Shown: piece after piece, positions 45,394-57,200 of the stretch
Layout of the letters: the number at the start of each line of letters is the position of its first letter
How positions within the stretch are numbered: position 1 is the stretch's first letter
DNA from: Zootoca vivipara
Lineage: Eukaryota
DNA: 64,000 nt
NCBI RefSeq assembly: GCF_963506605.1
Contig: NC_083279.1
Span: 87,234,001-87,298,000 of the forward strand
Direction: 5' to 3'
Program-made: the position numbers and the translations under genes
Notes under the pieces: generated by a model
Databases searched by the model: none
Told to the model about the DNA's origin: nothing
What the model saw: only the letters and a program-made list of their open reading frames with translations

Positions 45394-46399
45394 CTTCGCC
45401 TCAGCTTGGGTCTCCTCAGAGGCTCTGCGTTCAAGTGTTCGAGAAGGCCTCGCCGAGCATGCGCGTTAAGGGCTACGGTGCCTGCGGAGGGACGAGGCAG
45501 AGCAGCGAATCAGGTTTCCCTCCTCAGCGGCTCTGTGCGTGAGAAAAATCCCGGCTGGCCTTGCCGAGCATGCGTGTTACGGACTACGGTGCCTGCGGAG
45601 GGACTCGGCTAAAGCAAGGGGAGAAAAAAAGGAGTTCAGGCTCCCCCTAGTGGCCCCCGGAGGTTGTTCCCGGAAGAGCTCGGGATTTGCAAGGGGCGGG
45701 GATAGAACGGAGGCGGCGGGGGGGGGGGCAGGACCGCGAAATCAGCCTTCCCCAACCTGCCGCCCGCTGGATATTTCAGACTACAACTCCCATCAGCGCG
45801 GCTCATTGGGAGTTGTAGTTTTTTTAGCAACTGGAGGGCACCGGGTTGGGGAAAGCTGAACTAAAGCGTGTGGCGGCAGTTATTTATGAGCAGCATGCTT
45901 TTACATGCATCTTTTATTTATTTGCACGTTTGCTCTGCACGGAAAATTATACTTGCTGGGTTTTCCACTCTCCAGGTCAGGAATGGGGAAGCTGCCCGCC
46001 TTGTTGGTGTTGGGCTTCAGCTCCTATCACCTGATGATCATCTGTCTGCACTTGCTGGTGCTGATGGGAGTGGAGTCCAAAGACACCTGGAGGGCCGCAG
46101 GTCCACCCATCCCTACTCCAAGCTCCACAAGACTCCGCAGAGACTTTGAAGTAGGTGTGCAGTGCAATACCACCAAGGTTTATTCTAGAGCAAGTCCCGC
46201 ACCGAATTCCAAAGAAGATGCTCCGAGACAAGCATTTGTAAGATTGTAGCTGTATGTTACAAGCCTTGTGCATTTGGGGTGGGGGTGGGGGTTGGTCCTG
46301 TAAAACTCCAATCCAAAGTTCCTTTCAGTCAGATGTAGTTACTACCAAGCCCAGGGGGCTGAGTCAGGTCCCCCCCCCCAAGCAAATTTCCCCTTGTTG

Positions 46400-46783
46400 G
46401 CAAAAAGGAGCAAAAAAGGCTCCCCATTAAATTGATCCAGTATACCTGAAGGAGCGTCTCCACCCCCATCGTTCTGCCCAGACACTGAGGTCCAGTGCCG
46501 AGGGCCTTCTGGCGGTTCCCTCATTGCGAGAAGCCAAGTTACAGGGAACCAGGCAGAGGGCCTTCTCAGTAGTGGCTCCCGCCCTGTGCAACACCCTCCC
46601 ACCAGATGTCAAAGAGAAAAACAACTACCTGACTTTTAGAGGACATCTGAAGGCAGCCCTGTTTAGGGAAGCTTTTAATATTTAATAGATTGTTGTATTT
46701 TAATACTTCTGTTGGAAGCCGCCCAGAGTGGCTGGGGAAACCCAGCCAGATGGGCGGGGTATAAATAATAATTTATTATTATT
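46400..46783 (+). mobile_element. L2-like LINE 3' fragment
   Basis: RAFSVVAPALCNTLP..V-type LINE ORF2 end followed by an AATAA/(ATT)n tail. Boundaries approximate. Confidence 0.65.
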
Positions 46784-48282
46784 ATTTGATAAGCAGAAAC
46801 AGCTGTTTTGCATGGGGGGGGGTTCTGTGTGCCCTGCAAACGTGTGTGGGGTAGCCACACTTTGCACTGCTAATCAGCTCCTACCTAGGGAGTAAAAAAG
46901 CTTAGCCACTCCACTTTAACTAACATAAAAATAACTTGCTTCAGTCTTTGAGGTGCCATCGGGGGTTACTGTACTAGCACAGCAGAGGATCCTACACCGA
47001 ACAAGAACTTTTACGGTCATAAAGCTGCACTAATTGCAAGGAGAAAATTGTCTAAACAAACCGAGTGCAGCAGATGACTCAGAACTGCCACTTTCCAACC
47101 AGCTTTTTAGTTTATGTGCATTTGGGGGGGGGGGGGAGTTTGCCTATCCTGCCTGGAAGAAAAGGGATAAAATAATAATAGATTCAAGTGCAATTTTAAG
47201 ATGTTTCACCTGGGACAAGAAGTGCTAAGAAAAAGCGCCACACCCAAATGAAGCACCCTTGGGTGAAATGGGCAATTGACGTGTGGTTTTGTTGCAACCT
47301 AAAGCCAGGAGGAAAACAGGATAAATTCAGTGCTCCAGTACAACTTCTGGCTCCCTTGCTAACGCAGCAACACGAGTCCCATGTCTTTTTCTTCTTTCTT
47401 CTTTGGCGATCACTTGTAGCGTAAACCCCACTGAATTCAAGAGGGCTTAAGTAGACGGTTAGGATTATGCTGTAAGCTGGAGACTTGCCCAAATAATAAT
47501 AATAAAGTGGTGTGTATCCATGTATTCTCTCTGCTGCATCCAAATCCTGTTTGGGGATGGTCACATCATTCCTATGCAGCAAATTTGTAGGCGTGGGATG
47601 AGTTACTGAGGGATATGGCTGAGACTATCATGAGGGAACCTTGCACTTTCGAATTTGTTGGTGTTAAAGCAAGGGAGGTTTGGCAACCGGCAGCCTCAGG
47701 CCCAGACTGGTCCATTGGGAGGTGCTGCTTGCTCCAAGAGAAGCTATCACCCTCTCCTTCCTGAAGCGGCTTGGGGCAGGAGGCAGACAGGCTCCAAAAC
47801 AGAGAAGGGCTTACAGAAAACAACCCCCCCCCCGATCTCTCTCCCCTCCACCCTCTCGGGTGTTTCAGGCATGGACAAAATGGCAATATATGTTTTATAT
47901 GTGTATGTGGCAGCTGGACTTAATAAACAACAACAACAAAAGCTCCTCACCTTCCACTCAGTGGCCTGTTTGTAAAAAATGTTATTAATGAAAGTAGGAA
48001 GTTGAGAAAACAGCTGGTAGAGACAACCCTCCCCGCAATTTAAGTAATTGACTCCAGGTGTTCCTTGTCATCAGATTAAATTCAGCTGTATTTCCAATCA
48101 CCCATTAATTATATGCCCCTGCCCAAATAACAAGCAAAATAAGTGCTATCTTCCTGTGGTTATTGGAGTCCATCTTGTGACCGACATTTCATTCCGGTTT
48201 AAAGGCAGATTTCTACCAATTGGCCAGACTTTCTGTTCCTTGGCTGAGCTGGCTTCCCGCTGCAACCTGACCCCGCCTCGCT

Positions 48283-50341
48283 TTAATCCCGGCCAACCAT
48301 GTGCGTCTCTTTGGGCTTGTCAATTCGGAAGAGAAACTCGGCAGGTTCAAAATACCCCAGGTACTCGATGGTCTCCGGGGTCGTGTCCTGGTGGTAGTGG
48401 CCTCCCTCGCCGTGGTGGCTGAAGCAGTGCGTGTGCTCGAGGCGCAGGTCAAAGCCCTGGGGAATACAGGAAGAAGTAAAATCAAGCTCAGGGACAAGGC
48501 CATGCCGCAGGCCCAGCCCTCCGTTGTATGCTTCCTTATAATGAATTTATGAAGAGAGAATCAGAAAACAGACGAAGCACTGCCGATCGCTGCACTCTAA
48601 CAAGTTTAGATTGCAGACAGAAAGCGATATGCTGGAATGCTCCCCCACTGGGGTTGGTTCTGACCACCAGTAATGTCTACGTAGTTAGACAAGCCAACAT
48701 TTCTCTCCCCCCCCCAAGAGAACCCACGCCGAATACCAATAAAGTGACTTACTGGATCATGGGAAACCAAAACGGGTTGGCAAACTAGCGGAGCCTTCAT
48801 TTCATAAAACTTGAGCCAGTTGTTCACTTCCTCATCGGTTTTCAAAGGACAGGCAGAAAAATCTGAGGGCTATAGGAAAAACACAACTATATTTGAGGAA
48901 AGGAAAAGTTGGGAATGTCGGAGCAAAGGTTAGCCTGGTAATGTCCATCAGAAAAATATCCTACATCTCAGCACAGTGGGGAAGAACGGGACCAGCCGGC
49001 CTACCTCTCTTTCCAGGTGCAAACGATTGATGAGCAACTTCAAGACCCCTGCTCTCTCTCCTAATACTACTACTACTACTACTACTAATAATAATCCCCA
49101 GACAGGTTTTTTTTATAAAAACAACAACACTTTAAACCAGACTTAAACTGGACAGTCCTTCAAATAGAAGACAACTTTTAAAAGACGACTATCTTTTTAC
49201 ACCTCTTTGAAAATAGGGGGCTATAATGTAGGACACAGGACCACCCTGCATAGGAACTATGGGTTGCTTATTGCCAACAAACCACAGTCTGAAGCCATGG
49301 TTTGTTGTTGGCTTTCAAACCTTGATCCATTTCAACATGCGACTCCAACACCCTTCCTTAACTGTGGTTTGTTTGGCCGCCTGAGACACTCACCAAGCGG
49401 CTGTAAGTTCAAATTGCATACAGCAAACACAAGTTTGCAATTTAGAGTATTTTCTACATGCATTTTTTCCTCCTATGCAAAAACCTAGACCTTGTTTATC
49501 ATGGCAGTTGTACAAGGGAAGAGAACCATTATTTATTACTTACCATAATATGAATTTTTGCTTTTCCTTTCTGGATAACGAATGTACCTCCCATGCCAAC
49601 TGGTTTGTCACCGTAATATTTTTCTAAGGCTTTCCTCATGCAGGATATGAAATTCTCCTCCCCAGTTCTCCGATTTGCTTTCACTTCAATGACCTTTAAA
49701 AAAAAAGGAGAGAAACTGTGTTTATATTATGGGCACTAATCGGCACGAAAATGTTGATTATGCAACTTTCGATTCCTGTTTTGAAAAAAGCAGCACAGCT
49801 TATTTTAATATACAGCATAGCTCTCAGTAATATTGTGAGAAGGCTTCATAGCTACGTAAGGCTTCTTTCCTAAACAGCAAGTGCTGTCACTACCTCCCCC
49901 ACAGCAATTCTGTCAGGGCAGTGCTATCATTCGCCTGAAACCTCAGAGAGAAGAGTTTCCTTTAACACAACTCAAATGAATTTATGGTGGAGGCTATTCA
50001 CCACAAACCAGGCTTCTCCAGAGTTTCAGGTAGGGTCTTTCCTAGCTGTACCTGGAGATGTTGGGGATTGGATCTGGGACAACCAGCACGCTACCGTAGG
50101 CAAGTGCTCTCCACCTTCAACTACATGCAAAGACTGTATGCATTAAAGTCAATGAGACCATACCTTGCCAGGAAGACCTTCGCTGGCATACAAGTTGGCC
50201 AACAGCCCAAATTCACAATCCTTATATTTGGAGCTGTACTGTTCCAGCAAGCACCCGCCATCTTCTGAGTTAATCTTGGCCAAGTAACTCTGATTGATAG
50301 CTGGCTTTTCCTCGTTTTTAGCTTGAACGATAGGGATAAGC

Positions 50342-50408
<67 letters not shown>

Positions 50409-53400
50409 AACTTTCCTAAATGGATCTGCTCTGTTTATTGGGCATCACAATCAATAAAAAGAACCACCCACTGACACTCCAGGTTAAGGTCTCTTTAAAT
50501 GTAGAATGTACTGTTCAGAGGAAGGCAGAGGTCCTGAACCGTGCAGTCCTATATGTGTCTAATCAGAAATAAGTCATGTCAAGTTCAGGGTAGGTGGGTA
50601 GGTGGGGCTGACCTGCTGATAAGCAGGTATAGGGATTTCAGCCTAGGTGCCACTGAAATTAAGTAGTGTGCAACCAGGATTTGAGTCCGGTTAATGAAGG
50701 GAACCTTTCTTCTGAAAGAAGCTCTATGTAGCAAGAGGATTTGGTGTTTACCACTGGATTTTGAGCATTCTATGTTGAAATGCTGTACCAACTTACATGG
50801 CGCAAGTACCCAAAGGGGCTTAACTTCTAGGTCGGGGATAAGACCCTTGGAAGCTTACCATGTGCCCTCCATTTTATGGTTGCCATTTGCCCAGAATTTC
50901 CCGGACATACACAGAATACTGCAGTCGGGAGTAGTGTCTGGGCGGAAATTATTCAGGGAAAATCCAGGCGTATGGCAGCCCATGTTGGCAGTGGTGTTTT
51001 AGTCATTTCCCTTAAAAATAGCTCAAAAACTTTGGGCAAAACTGAAAAATATGACCACCCTACTCTATTTGTGCCTATTTGCTTTTAAAGCTTGTTGGTT
51101 TTATTTAAACAATTTATGTACCGCTTTACCGCAGTAGTCTCTCAGCGGTTTACAAGGCATTTTAAAGAATTCCACATAAGCTGCTTAGAGATTTGTTTAT
51201 CTTTTATTAAGCAGCCGACATACGGCTCGTTTAAAGAAATATAGGAGGGCACGTTTTTAATGTCACCTGCAGCCTGGCCTTGACCCAAGGTCACCTGAGC
51301 AGGAGCCTAAACCCAGGCTGCTCCAGATGAGCCCTCTCAATCATTACACTAGCTCTCTTGATCGAGTCTGGCATGCATGTTAAGAGCTAATATTTACCTA
51401 CCTCAGCATTGACTCCGACAACCCTGGAGGAAGCCGCTCCGGCTCCAAGAAAGAAAGCTCCTGGTAGCTGCATTTCCTTTGCAATTGTGTTCAGGTCATA
51501 AACCTAAACAAGAAAGGTGTGTTGGGTTTTCCACTAGAATTGCTGTTCTCCATTGTAAAATCTTCATGCTATGCCCGGGACATGCTTTGAAGGTGCATAA
51601 CAGAAGGACCAACTCAAGAGTAAGCCCACTTGGACATATCTAACGAAGTAGATCCATAGCTGCCAAGTACCCCGTTTTCTCCGGGAAACCCCCGATTTTA
51701 CTTACCTTTTCCCGGTGGTCCCCCGTATCACTTCGTCTCCCGTTTTTCTCCGTTATTTTCTCCTGCCAGCGGCCATTTTTTTTCTTTCCGATTAGCCCTT
51801 CTATGGGCACAAAAAATGGCCGCCGCCGGCTTCAAAAGTCGCATCTACGCTTGTCCGGAAGTGCATAGACACGACTTCCGGTGTCATCGTCGGCCATTTT
51901 TGGTGCCCATAGATGGGCGGAGCGACACCGGAAGTTGCATCGACGCACTTCCTGACATGCGTACAAGTGACTTTAGAAGCCGCCGGCGGCCATTTTTGGT
52001 GCCCATAGAAGGGCAAAGCGACACCGGAAGTTACGTCGACGCAACTTCCGGTGTCACACGGCTGCCGGTCCCGGATTCTGCAGTCCGGGACTTGGAAGGT
52101 AAGAGTAGATCCACCAGCCCAAGCATTTCCCCTTTCCCAATGGAACTTACCTGCCCTGCCCTGCCCTCTCTCTCCATGCTCCCTCCCACTTCCCAAATAC
52201 AGGTGAAATTCAGAAAATTAGAATATCGCCCAAAAGTGCATTTATTTCAGTAATGCAACTTATTATTTTTTATTTTTATTTTTACAAATGCTTTCTTTTG
52301 GAAATTCCACAGTAATAAAACAAATAGTCACAATAATACAAAAATAAACATCACTATTAAAAGATAAAGGTAAAGGGGACCCCTGACCATTAGGTCCAGT
52401 CGTGACCAACTCTTGGGTTGCGGCTCTCATCTCGCTTTATTGGCTGAGCATGACAAAGCCGCTTCTGGCGAACCAGAGCAGCACACGGAAATCCGTTTAC
52501 CTTCCCGCTGTAGCGGTACCTATTTATCTACTTGCACTTTGACGTGCTTTCGAACTGCTAACTTGGCAGGAGCTGGGACCGAGCAACGGGAGCTCACCCC
52601 GTCGCGGGGATTCAAACCGCCAACCTTCATTAACTACATGCCATTTATAATTGGCCAGCCTAACGACAAATAATTACAATTACAACAAATAAAGGCTTGA
52701 CATATCTTGCTTTGCATGTCATGCATCTATCTCATATATTGGTTTCACCTTTTAAGTTGCATTACTGAAATAAATGCACTTTTCGACGATATTCTAATTT
52801 TCCCGAGTTTCACCTGTATGCTCTGGAGCAGCGGATCGCAGGGCTCATTTAAGCGGCCCACGAGCCGCCCCTAAACCGAGCTGCCTGCTCGGCGAGTCCC
52901 CACGCGCTGCGCTAAATAATTACAACGCGGAGCAGGAACTTGCTTCCGTGGCACTGAAAATTGCGCCTGCACAGATGCGATCTCCGCAGGAGTGACCAGG
53001 CGAGGTAAACCTTGCCGACCCCTGCTCTGGAGAGTTCAGGGAACCCCCAGAACAGATCTGGGGGCATGGGAAGCACACAGGGAGAGGAGAGGAAGGTGAG
53101 GTTCCATTGCTCAGCTTAAGTCTGCTTTGTTGGGATGCCACGCACTGAAATTAATCGACCTAAGTTAGTCATTATCCATGGATTTCAACGGATCTAACTT
53201 TGAGTACAACTCACATTAGATACAAGCCCATGTTTGCCGGCAGATCTACTATGTGGCCACAGGTAGTAACAACTCACCTTCTCTTTTTGTACAAGAGGCA
53301 AAAGGTATGGGACGCCGCCCACGTCGGCGATTCTAGGCTTGCCGCAAATGCCTGTAAGGCGACCAAAAGAGTTTAGTTTCTTCAGAAAACTATGGCCAAT

Positions 53401-55243
53401 GGTGGGGAGTCCAGGAACATCTGGAGGGCAATATGCTCCCCATCAGCAATTTAGCGCCATTATGAATCTGCACTAGCCAGTGGTGGGCAAATAATAGGGA
53501 AGGTTGCTGCCTCTATGCTCTGCTTGCCAGGGAGAGACTCTCAGGCAAGGCCTCTTTCTATCTGCCTTGCCCCTCCCTCCCTCCTGCCTCTGCTTCTCGT
53601 TTTGTATTGTATTAGGTTGTATACTGTGGTTTGCTGTGTTTTATTGATTGGAGTTTAGAAATTACTCATTGTAACTGTTAGGAGTGGAATTCTGTTTAAT
53701 TCTGAAGTGCTGATATTTAATATTATTCTATATTATTTTAATGAATGTTGAATGTTATTTCATTTGCATATTGTATATTGTATTGTGCATATTGTCTTAT
53801 TTATATGATGTTAGCCACTCTGAGCCCAGCTTTGGCCGGGATACAAATAAATTTTATTATTATTATTATTATTTGGCCAGCAACTGCTGGACCTAGTTTA
53901 GTAGAGAAAACACATCACTAGTATAAAATGCAGAGGCTTTCTTCTTCAAGCATAGCCATTAAGGGCTCCATCTTCTCCCAACTTTGAGACAATGGTAACC
54001 AAAGGAATCTCGAACTTTTGACTGGTTTGCAGCATAGGACCTGCCTATGTTATATCAACAGCCCCACCGCCCCCATTTCAGGTTGTGAGAGTCATTATGT
54101 AGGTCAGTGCGGAGCTTGCGGCTCTCAAGGTGTTGTTACACTACAACTCCCATCAGCCCTAGCAAGAACACCCAAAGGTCAGGAATTATGGGAGTTGTAG
54201 ACCAGTACTTTTTTTGGGTGGGGTTGAGGTTCCCTATCCCTGGAAGTACGGTATCAGCAGGTTCAGAGGAATCCTGGAGGGTTTTGGAAGTTATTTCTTT
54301 TTAAAAAAGAACCCCCCCCCCCCAAGAAAAGTGTGGACACTCAAAAACATCCCAGTGGTGACGATGGGTGCCCTCCCTTGATCAAGGAAAACAATAAAAT
54401 TACTTAACTGAGGTACTGTCCCCACAACATAAATCCTGGCTACGCCCATGAGGGGGACTAGGTATGCGCAAAACTATGAGGATTAACTTTTTGAGGAGGG
54501 TAAGGGGACACAAGTGGGAGCAGGGGAAGAAGAGGAACGCAATGGAGTATCCTGGAAAAGGACGTGGCTGGCTGGCACCTTGAACAGAAGTCTCCTGTGA
54601 AATAGACATTTCATAGATTTCACTAATTACCTTTAACAGGAAATGTGAAGGGTTCTTTAGTCAGATCAGGGCAGTCCACTACAGAAACCTGAACATCTGC
54701 AAAGTTTTCTTTCAGTCCATTTTGCAAAACTAAAAGGTAAAGAGCGCATTATTACTGTTGTCTTTAGAAATACTTAGGACAAGCTTTCTGCAATGAAACA
54801 AAACAAAAAGCACCAACTCAGCAAGACGACAAAGTGCAAAAGCACCAACTCAGCAAGGCAAGGATATTGCATTAAAATGTGCACCCTGCATTCAAACGCC
54901 TTCTGAGCGGTGCAATAGTAGTGTAGGAAAGAGCTTAGCTTTTGCCTCTTCTCATTAGGCATAGATATGGGACTAGTGGATAAATAAAAGTTCTTCTCCC
55001 TCCCTAGAACTCTTGGACACCCCAAGAAGCTGCATGTTGGAAGAGGCAGGACAGAGAAAAGAAACCACTTCATGCAGCTTATCGTTAAACCATGGAACTC
55101 GCTTCCACTGGAGACTCCAGAGGTTTCCCCTCCCATTTCGTACGTCACAACATTTTTGTAACATCAAAGAGCCATATCTACTCACCTCCAACAAGTTCTT
55201 CCAGGCTAGGTACGTGAAAAGCAAACATCTCAACATTGGCCAT
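48283..55243 (-). CDS. C11orf54: C11orf54 homolog (PTD012, Zn-binding ester hydrolase / beta-keto-L-gulonate decarboxylase), 316 aa
   Basis: Coding exons (high-low): 55243-55186, 54729-54631, 53351-53278, 51503-51402, 50340-50164, 49693-49544, 48869-48753, 48456-48283, 951 nt total. Motifs FHVPSLEEL, VVDCPDLTKEPFTFPVKGICG, VGGVPYLLPLV, YEMKAPLVC, GFDLRLEHTHCFSHHGEGGHYH (Zn-binding His), and terminal GRD*. Confidence 0.97.
50343..50405. repeat. (GA)n/(CT)n microsatellite at a C11orf54 splice acceptor
   Basis: Pure repeat abutting the CTAG acceptor at 50341-50344. Confidence 0.95.
51655..52103. mobile_element. hAT-type MITE, CATAGCTGCCAAG family, CpG-rich
   Basis: 8-bp TSD AGTAGATC (51647-51654, 52104-52111), internal repeats with CCGGAAGT and AAAATGGCCG. 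Confidence 0.8.
52200..52816. mobile_element. Tc1/mariner non-autonomous element containing a truncated Sauria SINE (52361-52628, minus strand)
   Basis: TA|CAGGTGAAA..GAAAATTAGAATATCG...CGATATTCTAATTTTC..TTTCACCTG|TA. The SINE is flanked by ATTAA direct repeats. Confidence 0.8.
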
Positions 55244-56599
55244 CTTTTTCTTATTTCGTGAAGCAAACTGAACAGCTAAGCTGTGGAGAGATCAGAGTAC
55301 ACCCCAGAACAGGTTACACGGTCTGTTAATGAACACATAAGTTTAGTGATTAAATACAAGCTATGCGTGTTTGCACAGGCTTTTTACAATATACCTTTTC
55401 AGTTACTATTTGGGATGCAGGCAACAATCATGTTATGTGAGGCTGCATCCTGAGTAACTAGAAACCTAGCTGTGCCAATAGCCTGTTTTCATGGCTGCAC
55501 ATTTCCCAAGCTTTCAACATGTCTGTTTTTCCATTCTCTCTGACTAAGAGGGTTGCGAAACTCAGCAGCCTGACATTGCTCCATTAATCATACACCAAAT
55601 AAAAAGGACAACACATTGCTGGGTTTTTATTTCGCACCTAAATTACCATCCTCTTCCAACAGCTAATTTATACAAACCACTATCATGTTCTCCCATTTGC
55701 GGCTTTGCTCAGAAGTATAGCCTATTAAACTCAATGGGATTTACTTCCAGCTAAATGGGATTAGGATTGCAGCCTTAGCCTCACACTGGAAGGATAGGGG
55801 CAGTAGGCTAATTTCTGACACACAAAAATGAGGAGGATAGCATCTAGACATTTTGTCTTGTCTCAGATTCTACAAATTAGCACAATTAACGTAGGACTAA
55901 TCTAGGGATTGTGGTTCATGGGATGGAGGGGACAACATCCCCACCTGGATGCCCCTGCCACTCACCCAACAACTGCCTTATGTTGTTTTACATTGTGTGT
56001 TTGCACTTATCCATTAACAAGGCAACACGGCACTGCAACCTTAAGGCTTGCTCAGAACTCCTGGTCCCTCTGAGTTTAAGACTTTCTCAGTGCAAACCTG
56101 CATAGGTCTACACAGAAGTAACCCTCGTTGTTTTCAACAGAGTTTGCTCTCAGGTAAGGGTGAATGGGATTTCAACGTTAACCACAACGTTGTAGAGTTG
56201 GAAGGGATCCTAAGGGGCATCTAGTCCAAATTAACAATTAACAAATTGCTTAAGCCCAGTTCCATGTTGCATGTCTACATGGCTGCAACTCGCTCTAGGC
56301 ACCTTGGCTGGGCAAAAAGTTTAATAAATAGCAATGCTAACAATAGTTACGGTAGCAAAGAGCCTGGGTTTGTAGCCTCGCATTACAAGCCCACGCCCAA
56401 TTCCTCATGCAGTCTCAATGAACTTAGTACTTCTGAGCAAAACACACATTGCCTTTCAGCATTCACCCAAAGCATCCCCCCAACCCATGCAAACAATTCT
56501 TGGCATACACACCCACCCCGCCCCATGGCTGCTTTAACTTACGGGAATGCAAACTTCACCTCCCTGCTCCTGTCTCAAGTTCCTTTCTTTGACTGCCTC

Positions 56600-57200
56600 T
56601 TTCGTAGGGTAGCGTCACCTGCCCACCGCCCAATCACCTCGCAGCTGGAGCGCCGCACCCGGCCACGCCCATTTCTGCCCGTCGCCGCTCTCAAGATGGC
56701 GACCCGAGGCTGCTCCTTCTACCGCATCCGGTCCCTTCCTCCCATCGGCGCCGAAATCAAACTCTCGCGGGATCTGGGGAAAGTTCCCCCCCCAGAGTAT
56801 TTAAGCGGCCCGGCGGCAGTTGTGCGGCCTTCTTGAACCGGCAGGATGGAGGAGGTAGGTTGCGGCAATCGGTCGGCATCGGCTCGGATGGTGGCCTGTG
56901 GAGAGATAGGGCTGTTGAGAAAAGGTTTAGGGGCGCCTAATGTAGGATGTGGGTAGGATATTGTGGGGTGAGTGGGAACTATAAGAGGTTAAAGCCCTGA
57001 TTCCCACCCCTCCGGCCGCTGTTTCGTCGCCTTTAACGATTAAGGATGGGTCTGGACTAGTCCTAGTTGATAGACCGGGGAGCCGAGGGCGGGTTAATGC
57101 TCGAGAACATAAATAGCACATAAATAAAAAGGGTTTGGGAGGCGCTCCGTGTTTACTGTTAAATCCTGCGTTTTCTCCTAAAGGCCGCAAGGTGGTGATC
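56600..57200. promoter_or_regulatory. Bidirectional CpG-island promoter of C11orf54 (-) and TAF1D (+)
   Basis: YY1 motif CAAGATGGCG (56692-56701), TCTCGCGGGA (BANP/ZBTB33-like, 56763-56772), TATA-like TATTTAA (56798), pyrimidine start CCTTCTT (56828), donor GAG|GTAGGT at 56854/56855. Minus-strand donor candidates near 56618 and 56637. Confidence 0.8.

Noticed and set aside
56246-56836. 196-aa ORF across the bidirectional promoter
   Set aside because: Non-ATG start, antisense to C11orf54 exon 1/intron 1, and no homology. Typical of a GC-rich promoter.
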